Positions 51,781-61,500 of a stretch of 64,000 bases of DNA are shown piece by piece. Numbering within the stretch: the first letter of the stretch is position 1; every line of letters begins with the position of its first letter. The DNA lies in the NCBI GenBank assembly GCA_964016885.1, contig OZ024744.1, forward strand, positions 30,380,001-30,444,000, given 5' to 3'. The stretch comes from Eledone cirrhosa (taxonomy: Eukaryota). The notes under the pieces are model-generated. The model searched no databases and was not told where the DNA came from. It saw only the letters and a program-made list of their open reading frames with translations. A program made the position numbers and the translations under genes.

Positions 51781-54700
51781 AGTGAGAGAGTGAGAGAGAC
51801 GGAGGCAGTGACAGTGGGAGGTTGGTTCCTCTGTGTTTGGACCTGGTGTATATGAGAGAGAGGGAGAGAGTGGGAGGGATGGAGGCAGTGACAGTGGGAG
51901 GTTGGTTCCTCTGTATTTTGACCATGTATATATGAGAGAGAGGGAGAGAGTGGGAGAGATGGAGGCAGTGACAGTGGGAGGTTGGTTCCTCTGTGTTTGG
52001 ACATGGTGTATATGAGACATAGGGAGAGAGTGAGAGAGATGGAGGCAGTGACAGTGGGAGGTTGGTTCCTCTGTGTTTGAACCTGGTGTATATGAGAGAT
52101 AGGGAGAGAGTGGGAGAGACGGAGGCATTGACAGTGGGAGGTTGGTTCCTCTGTGTTTAGGCAGGTGTATATGAGAGATAGGGAGAGAGTGGGAGAGACG
52201 GAGGCAGTGACAGTGGGAGGTTGGTTCCTCTGTGTTTAGACAGGTGTATATGAGAGATAGGGAGAGAGTGGGAGAGACGGAGGCAGTGACAGTGGGAGGT
52301 TGGTTCCTCTGTGTTTTGACCTGGTGTATATGAGAGATAGGGAGAGAGTGAGAGAGACGGAGGCAGTGACAGTGGGAGGTTGGTTCCTCTGTGTTTGGAC
52401 CTGGTGTATATGAGAGATAGGGAGAGTGGGAGAGATGGAGGCAGTGACAGTGGGAGGTTGGTTCCTCTGTGTTTAGACCTGGTGTATTTGAGAGATAGGG
52501 AGAGAGTGGGAGAGATGGAGGCAGTGACAGTGGGAGGTTGGTTCCTCTGTGTTTGAACCTGGTGTATATGAGAGGTAGGGAGAGTGAGAGAGACGGAGGC
52601 AGTGACAGTTGGAGGTTGGTTCCTCTGTGTTTGGACCTGGTGTATATGAGAGATAGGGAGAGTGGGAGAGACGGAGACAGTGACAGTGGGAGGTTGGTTC
52701 CTCTGTGTTTGGACCTGGTGTATATGAGAGATAGGGAGAGAGTGGGAGAGATGGAGGCAGTGACAGTGGGAGGTTGGTTCCTCTGTGTTTGGACCTGGTG
52801 TATATGAGAGATAGGGAGAGAGTGGGTGAGATGGAGGCAGTGGGAGGTTGGTTCCTCTGTGTTTAGACCTGGTGTATATGAGAGATAGGGAGAGTGGGAG
52901 AGATGGAGACAGTGACAGTGGGAGGTTGGTTCATCTGTGTTTGGACCTGGTGTATATGAGAGAGTGGGAGAGAGTGGGAGAGACGGAGGCAGTGACAGTG
53001 GGAGGTTGGTTCCTCTGTGTTTAGACCTGGTGTATATGAGAGAGTGGGAGAGAGTGGGTGAGACGGAGGCAGTGACAGTGGGAGGTTGGTTCCTCTGTAT
53101 TTTGACCATGTATATATGAGAGAGAGGGAGAGAGTGGGAGAGATGGAGGCAGTGACAGTGGGAGGTTGGTTCCTCTGTGTTTGGACCTGGTGTATATGAG
53201 AGAGAGTGAGAGAGTGAGAGAGACGGAGGCAGTGACAGTGGGAGGTTGGTTCCTCTGTGTTTAGACCTGGTGTATATAAGAGAGTGGGAGAGAGTGGGTG
53301 AGACGGAGGCAGTGACAGTGGGAGCTTGGTTCCTCTGTGTTTAGACCTGGTGTATATAAGAGAGTGGGAGAGAGTGGGTGAGACGGAGGCAGTGACAGTG
53401 GGAGGTTGGTTCCTCTGTATTTTGACCATGTATATATGAGAGAGAGGGAGAGAGTGGGAGAGATGGAGGCAGTGACAGTGGGAGGTTGGTTCCTCTGTGT
53501 TTGGACCTGGTGTATATGAGAGAGAGTGAGAGAGTGAGAGAGACGGAGGCAGTGACAGTGGGAGGTTGGTTCCTCTGTGTTTGGACCTGGTGTATATGAG
53601 AGAGAGGGAGAGAGTGGGAGGGATGGAGGCAGTGACAGTGGGAGGTTGGTTCCTCTGTGTTTGGACCTGGTGTATATGAGAGATAGGGAGAGAGTGAGAG
53701 AGACTGAGGCAGTGACAGTGGGAGGTTGGTTCCTCTGTGTTTAGACCTGGCGTATATAAGAGAGTGGGAGAGAGTGGGTGAGACGGAGGCAGTGACAGTG
53801 GGAGGTTGGTTCCTCTGTGTTTAGACCTGGTGTATATAAGAGAGTGGGAGAGAGTGGGTGAGACGGAGGCAGTGACAGTGGGAGGTTGGTTCCTCTGTAT
53901 TTTGACCATGTATATATGAGAGAGAGGGAGAGAGTGGGAGAGATGGAGGCAGTGACAGTGGGAGGTTGGTTCCTCTGTGTTTGGACCTGGTGTATATGAG
54001 AGAGCGTGAGAGAGTGAGAGAGACGGAGGCAGTGACAGTGGGAGGTTGGTTCCTCTGTGTTTGGACCTGGTGTATATGAGAGAGAGGGAGAGAGTGGGAG
54101 GGATGGAGGCAGTGACAGTGGGAGGTTGGTTCCTCTGTGTTTGGACCTGGTGTATATGAGAGATAGGGAGAGAGTGAGAGAGACTGAGGCAGTGACAGTG
54201 GGAGGTTGGTTCCTCTGTATTTTGACCTGGTGTATATGAGAGAGTGGGAGAGAGTGAGAGAGATGGAGGCAGTGACAGTGGGAGGTTGGTTCCTCTGTGT
54301 TTGAACCTGGTGTATATGAGAGATAGGGAGAGTGGGAGAGACGGAGGCATTGACAGTGGGAGGTTGGTTCCTCTGTGTTTAGGCAGGTGTATATGAGAGA
54401 TAGGGAGAGAGTGGGAGAGACGGAGGCAGTGACAGTGGGAGGTTGGTTCCTCTGTGTTTGGACCTGGTGTATATGAGAGATAGGGAGAGAGTGGGAGAGA
54501 CGGAGGCAGTGACAGTGGGAGGTTGGTTCCTCTGTGTTTAGACAGGTGTATATGAGAGATAGGGAGAGAGTGGGAGAGACGGAGGCAGTGACAGTGGGAG
54601 GTTGGTTCCTCTGTGTTTTGACCTGGTGTATATGAGAGATAGGGAGAGAGTGAGAGAGACCGAGGCAGTGACAGTGGGGGGTTGGTTCCTCTGTGTTTGG

Positions 54701-57700
54701 ATCTGGTGTATATGAGAGATAGGGAGAGAGTGAGAGAGACGGAGGCAGTGACAGTGGGAGGTTGGTTCCTCTGTATTTGGACCTGGTATATATGAGAGAT
54801 AGGGAGAGAGTGAGAGATGGAGGCAGTGACAGTGGGAGGTTGGTTCCTCAGTGTTTGGACCTGGTGTATATGAGAGATAGGGAGAGTGGGAGAGATGGAG
54901 GCAGTGACAGTGGGAGGTTGGTTCCTCTGTGTTTGAACCTGGTGTATATGAGAGGTAGGGAGAGTGAGAGAGACGGAGGCAGTGACAGTTGGAGGTTGGT
55001 TCCTCTGTGTTTGGACCTGGTGTATATGAGAGATAGGAAGTGTGGGAGAGACGGAGACAGTGACAGTGGGAGGTTGGTTCCTCTGTGTTTGGACCTGGTG
55101 TATATGAGAGATAGGGAGAGAGTGGGTGAGATGGAGGCAGTGGGAGGTGGGTTCCTCTGTGTTTGGACCTGGTGTATATGAGAGATAGGGAGAGAGTGGG
55201 TGAGATGGAGGCAGTGGGAGGTTGGTTCCTCTGTGTTTAGACCTGGTGTATATGAGAGATAGGGAGAGTGGGAGAGATGGAGACAGTGACAGTGGGAGGT
55301 TGGTTCATCTGTGTTTGGACCTGGTGTATATGAGAGAGAGGGAGAGAGTGGGAGGGATGGAGGCAGTGACAGTGGGAGGTTGGTTCCTCTGTGTTTGGAC
55401 CTGGTGTATATGAGAGAGAGTGAGAGAGTGAGAGAGTGAGAGAGACGGAGGCAGTGACAGTGGGAGGTTGGTTCCTCTGTGTTTGGACCTGGTGTATATG
55501 AGAGAGAGGGAGAGAGTGGGAGGGATGGAGGCAGTGACAGTGGGAGGTTGGTTCCTCTGTATTTTGACCATGTATATATGAGAGAGAGGGAGAGAGTGGG
55601 AGAGATGGAGGCAGTGACAGTGGGAGGTTGGTTCCTCTGTGTTTGGACATGGTGTATATGAGACATAGGGAGAGAGTGAGAGAGATGGAGGCAGTGACAG
55701 TGGGAGGTTGGTTCCTCTGTGTTTGAACCTGGTGTATATGAGAGATAGGGAGAGAGTGGGAGAGACGGAGGCATTGACAGTGGGAGGTTGGTTCCTCTGT
55801 GTTTAGGCAGGTGTATATGAGAGATAGGGAGAGAGTGGGAGAGACGGAGGCAGTGACAGTGGGAGGTTGGTTCCTCTGTGTTTAGACAGGTGTATATGAG
55901 AGATAGGGAGAGAGTGGGAGAGACGGAGGCAGTGACAGTGGGAGGTTGGTTCCTCTGTGTTTTGACCTGGTGTATATGAGAGATAGGGAGAGAGTGAGAG
56001 AGACGGAGGCAGTGACAGTGGGAGGTTGGTTCCTCTGTGTTTGGACCTGGTGTATATGAGAGATAGGGAGAGTGGGAGAGATGGAGGCAGTGACAGTGGG
56101 AGGTTGGTTCCTCTGTGTTTAGACCTGGTGTATTTGAGAGATAGGGAGAGAGTGGGAGAGATGGAGGCAGTGACAGTGGGAGGTTGGTTCCTCTGTGTTT
56201 GAACCTGGTGTATATGAGAGGTAGGGAGAGTGAGAGAGACGGAGGCAGTGACAGTTGGAGGTTGGTTCCTCTGTGTTTGGACCTGGTGTATATGAGAGAT
56301 AGGGAGAGTGGGAGAGACGGAGACAGTGACAGTGGGAGGTTGGTTCCTCTGTGTTTGGACCTGGTGTATATGAGAGATAGGGAGAGAGTGGGAGAGATGG
56401 AGGCAGTGACAGTGGGAGGTTGGTTCCTCTGTGTTTGGACCTGGTGTATATGAGAGATAGGGAGAGAGTGGGTGAGATGGAGGCAGTGGGAGGTTGGTTC
56501 CTCTGTGTTTAGACCTGGTGTATATGAGAGATAGGGAGAGTGGGAGAGATGGAGACAGTGACAGTGGGAGGTTGGTTCATCTGTGTTTGGACCTGGTGTA
56601 TATGAGAGAGTGGGAGAGACGGAGGCAGTGACAGTGGGAGGTTGGTTCCTCTGTGTTTAGACCTGGTGTATATGAGAGAGTGGGAGAGAGTGGGTGAGAC
56701 GGAGGCAGTGACAGTGGGAGGTTGGTTCCTCTGTATTTTGACCATGTATATATGAGAGAGAGGGAGAGAGTGGGAGAGATGGAGGCAGTGACAGTGGGAG
56801 GTTGGTTCCTCTGTGTTTGGACCTGGTGTATATGAGAGAGAGTGAGAGAGTGAGAGAGACGGAGGCAGTGACAGTGGGAGGTTGGTTCCTCTGTGTTTAG
56901 ACCTGGTGTATATAAGAGAGTGGGAGAGAGTGGGTGAGACGGAGGCAGTGACAGTGGGAGCTTGGTTCCTCTGTGTTTAGACCTGGTGTATATAAGAGAG
57001 TGGGAGAGAGTGGGTGAGACGGAGGCAGTGACAGTGGGAGGTTGGTTCCTCTGTATTTTGACCATGTATATATGAGAGAGAGGGAGAGAGTGGGAGAGAT
57101 GGAGGCAGTGACAGTGGGAGGTTGGTTCCTCTGGGTTTGGACCTGGTGTATATGAGAGAGAGTGAGAGAGTGAGAGAGACGGAGGCAGTGACAGTGGGAG
57201 GTTGGTTCCTCTGTGTTTGGACCTGGTGTATATGAGAGAGAGGGAGAGAGTGGGAAGGATGGAGGCAGTGACAGTGGGAGGTTGGTTCCTCTGTGTTTGG
57301 ACCTGGTGTATATGAGAGATAGGGAGAGAGTGAGAGAGACTGAGGCAGTGACAGTGGGAGGTTGGTTCCTCTGTGTTTAGACCTGGTGTATATAAGAGAG
57401 TGGGAGAGAGTGGGTGAGACGGAGGCAGTGACAGTGGGAGGTTGGTTCCTCTGTGTTTAGACCTGGTGTATATAAGAGAGTGGGAGAGAGTGGGTGAGAC
57501 GGAGGCAGTGACAGTGGGAGGTTGGTTCCTCTGTATTTTGACCATGTATATATGAGAGAGAGGGAGAGAGTGGGAGAGATGGAGGCAGTGACAGTGGGAG
57601 GTTGGTTCCTCTGTGTTTGGACCTGGTGTATATGAGAGAGAGTGAGAGAGTGAGAGAGACGGAGGCAGTGACAGTGGGAGGTTGGTTCCTCTGTGTTTGG

Positions 57701-58330
57701 ACCTGGTGTATATGAGAGAGAGGGAGAGAGTGGGAGGGATGGAGGCAGTGACAGTGGGAGGTTGGTTCCTCTGTGTTTGGACCTGGTGTATATGAGAGAT
57801 AGGGAGAGAGTGAGAGAGACTGAGGCAGTGACAGTGGGAGGTTGGTTCCTCTGTATTTTGACCTGGTGTATATGAGAGAGTGGGAGAGAGTGAGAGAGAT
57901 GGAGGCAGTGACAGTGGGAGGTTGGTTCCTCTGTGTTTGAACCTGGTGTATATGAGAGATAGGGAGAGTGGGAGAGACGGAGGCATTGACAGTGGGAGGT
58001 TGGTTCCTCTGTGTTTAGGCAGGTGTATATGAGAGATAGGGAGAGAGTGGGAGAGACGGAGGCAGTGACAGTGGGAGGTTGGTTCCTCTGTGTTTGGACC
58101 TGGTGTATATGACAGATAGGGAGAGAGTGGGAGAGACGGAGGCAGTGACAGTGGGAGGTTGGTTCCTCTGTGTTTAGACAGGTGTATATGAGAGATAGGG
58201 AGAGAGTGGGAGAGACGGAGGCAGTGACAGTGGGAGGTTGGTTCCTCTGTGTTTTGACCTGGTGTATATGAGAGATAGGGAGAGAGTGAGAGAGACCGAG
58301 GCAGTGACAGTGGGGGGTTGGTTCCTCTGT
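48900..58330 (+). repeat. ~3646-bp (~46-monomer) higher-order repeat, about 2.5 tandem copies
   Basis: GACCATG triplets at 49458/49778/50258, 53104/53424/53904 and 56740/57060/57540 give offsets 3646 and 3636. The 10-bp difference is a 70-bp monomer at ~56600. 88-bp monomers at ~51773 and ~55419. Confidence 0.88.
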
Positions 58331-58599
58331 GTTTGGACCTGGTATATATGAGAGATAGGGAGAGAGTGAGAGATGGAGGCAGTGACAGTGGGAGGTTGGT
58401 TCCTCAGTGTTTAGACCTGGTGTATATCAGAGATAGGGAGAGTGGGAGAGATGGAGGCAGTGACAGTGGGAGGTTGGTTCCTCTGTGTTTGGACCTGGTG
58501 TATATGAGAGAGTGGGAGAGAGTGAGAGAGACGGAGGCAGTGACAGTGGGAGGTTGGTTCCTCAGTGTTTAGACCTGGTGTATATGAGAGATAGGGAGA

Positions 58600-61500
58600 G
58601 TGGGAGAGATGGAGGCAGTGACAGTGGGAGGTTGGTTCCTCTGTGTTTAGACCTGGTGTATATGAGAAAGTGGGAGAGAGTGGGAGAGACGGAGGCAGTG
58701 ACAGTGGGAGGTTGGATTCTCTGTGTTTGGACCTGGTGTATATGAGAGATAGGGAGAGTGGCAGAGATGGAGGCAGTGACAGTGGGAGGTTGGTTCCTCT
58801 GTGTTTAGACCTGGTGTATATGAGAGATAGGGAGAGAGTGGGAGAGACGGAGGCAGTGACAGTGGGAGGTTGGTTCCTCTGTGTTTAGACCTGGTGTATA
58901 TGAGAGATAGGGAGAGTGGCAGAGATGGAGGCAGTGACAGTGGGAGGTTGGTTCCTCTGTGTTTGGACCTGGTGTATATGAGAGATAGGGAGAGTGGGAA
59001 TGACGGAGGCAGTGACAGTGGGAGGTTGGTTCCTCTGTGTTTGGACATGGTGTATATGAGAGATAGGGAGAGAGTGGGAGAGATGGAGGCAGTGGGAGGT
59101 GGGTTCCTCTGTGTTTGGACCTGGTGTATATTAGAAATAGGGAGAGAGTGAGAGAGACGGAGGCAATGACAGTGGGAGGTTGGTTCCTCTGTGTTTAGAC
59201 CTGGTGTATATGAGAAATAGGGAGAGTGGCAGAGATGGAGGCAGTGACAGTGGGAGGTTGGTTCCTCTGTGTTTGGACATGGTGTATATGAGAGATAGGG
59301 AGAGAGTGGGAGAGATGGAGGCAGTGGGAGGTGGGTTCCTCTGTGTTTGGACCTGGTGTATATTAGAAATAGGGAGAGAGTGAGAGAGACGGAGGCAATG
59401 ACAGTGGGAGGTTGGTTCCTCTGTGTTTAGACCTGGTGTATATGAGAGATAGGGAGAGAGTGGGAGAGACGGAGGCAGTGACAGTGGGAGGTTGGTTCCT
59501 CTGTGTTAGGACCTGGTGTATATGAGAGATAGGGAGAGTGGGAGAGACGGAGGCAGTGACAGTGGGAGGTTGGTTCCTCTGTGTTTGGACCTGGTGTATT
59601 TGAGAGATAGGGAGAGAGTGGGAGAGATGGAGGCAGTGACAGTGGAAGGTTGGTTCCTCTGTGTTTGAACCTGGTGTATATGAGAGATAGGGAGAGAGTG
59701 GGAGAGACGGAGGCAGTGACAGTGGGAGGTTGGTTCCTCTGTGTTTGGACCTGGTGTATATGAGAGATAGGGAGAGAGTGGGTGAGATGGAGGCAGTGGG
59801 AGGTGGGTTCCTCTGTGTTTGGACCTGGTGTATATGAGAGATAGGGAGAGTGGGAGAGAGACAGAGGCAGTGACGGTGGGAGGTTGGTTCCTCTGTGTTT
59901 GGACCTGGTGTATATGAGAGGTTGGGAGAGTGAGAGAGGCGGAGGCAGTGACAGTTGGAGGTTGGTTCCTCTGTGTTTGGACCTGGTGTATATGAGAGAT
60001 AGGGAGAGTGGGAGAGACGGAGACAGTGACAGTGGGAGGTTGGTTCCTCTGTGTTTGGACCTGGTGTATATGAGAGATAGGGAGAGAGTGGGTGAGATGG
60101 AGGCAGTGGGAGGTGGGTTCCTCTGTGTTTGGACCTGGTGTATATGAGAGATAGGGAGAGTGGGAGAGAGACAGAGGCAGTGACGGTGGGAGGTTGGTTC
60201 CTCTGTGTTTGGACCTGGTGTATATGAGACATAGGGGGAGACTGAGAGAGACAGAGGCAGTGACAGTGGGAGGTTGGTTCCTCTGTGTTTGGACCTGGTG
60301 TATATGGGAGATAGGGAGAGAGTGGGAGAGATGGAGGCAGTGACAGTGGGAGGTTGGTTCCTCTGTGTTTAGACCTGGTGTATATGAGAGATAGGGAGAG
60401 AGTGAGATATGGAGGCAGTGACAGTGGGAGGTTGGTTCCTCTATGTTTAGACCTGGTGTATATGGGAGATAGGGAGAGAGTGAGATATGGAGGCAGTGAC
60501 AGTGGGAGGTCGGTTCCTCTGTGTTTGGACCTGGTGTATATGAGAGATAGGGAGAGAGTGGGAGAGACGTAGGCAGTGACAGTGGGAGGTTGGTTCCTCT
60601 GTGTTTGGACTTGTTGTATATGAGAGATAGGGAGAGAGAAGGAGAGACGGAAACAGTGACAGTGGGAGGTTGGTTCCTCTGTGTTTAGACCTGGTGTATA
60701 TGAGAGATAGGGAGAGAGTGAGATATGGAGGCAGTGACAGTGGGAGGTTGGTTCCTCTGTGTTTAGACCTGTTGTATATGAGAGATTGGGAGAGAGTGGG
60801 AGAGACGTAGGCAGTGACAGCGGGAGGTTGGTTCCTCTGTGTTTGGACCTGGTATATATGAGAGAGAGGGAGAGAGTGGAAGAGATGGAGGCAGTGACAG
60901 CGGGAGGTTGGTTCCTCTGTGTTTGGATCTGGTGTATATGAGAGAGAGGGAGAGAGTGGAAGAGATGGAGGCAGTGACAGCGGGAGGTTGGTTCCTCTGT
61001 GTTTGGATCTGGTGTATATGAGAGATAGGGAGAGAGTAGGAGAGACGGAGGCAGTGATAGTGGGAGGTTCGTTCCTCTGTGTTTAGACCTGGTGTATATG
61101 AGAGATAGGGAGAGAGTGGAAGAGACGTAGGCAGTGACAGCGGGAGGTTGGTTCCTCTGTGTTTGGACCTTGTATATTTGAGAGAGAGGGAGAGATTGGA
61201 AGAGATGGAGGCAGTGACAGCGGGAGGTTGGTTCCTCTGTGTTTGGATCTGGTGTATATGAGAGATAGGGAGAGAGTGAGATATGGAGGCAGTGACAGTG
61301 GGTGGTTGGTTCCTCTGTGTTTAGACCTGGTGTATATGAGAGATAGGGAGAGAGTGAGAGAGACGGAGGCAGTGATAGTGGGAGGTTGGTTCCTCTGTGT
61401 TTGGACCTGGTGTATATGTGAGACAGGGAGAGAGTGGGAGAGAGACGGAGGCAGTGACAGTGGGTGGTTGGTTCCTCTGTGTTTAGACCTGGTGTATATG

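Larger units (their letters stand above)
13700..58600 (+). repeat. Central homogenised domain with nested higher-order repeats
   Basis: Defined by variants not seen in the flanks: TGTATTTTGACCATGTATAT (about 40 copies, first 14954, last ~57533), GGTTCATCTG preceded by GGAGACAGTG, TTAGGCAGG and TTAGACAGG 79-bp monomers, AGGAAGTGTG, GACCGAGG. These occur in a recurring fixed order. Confidence 0.85.
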
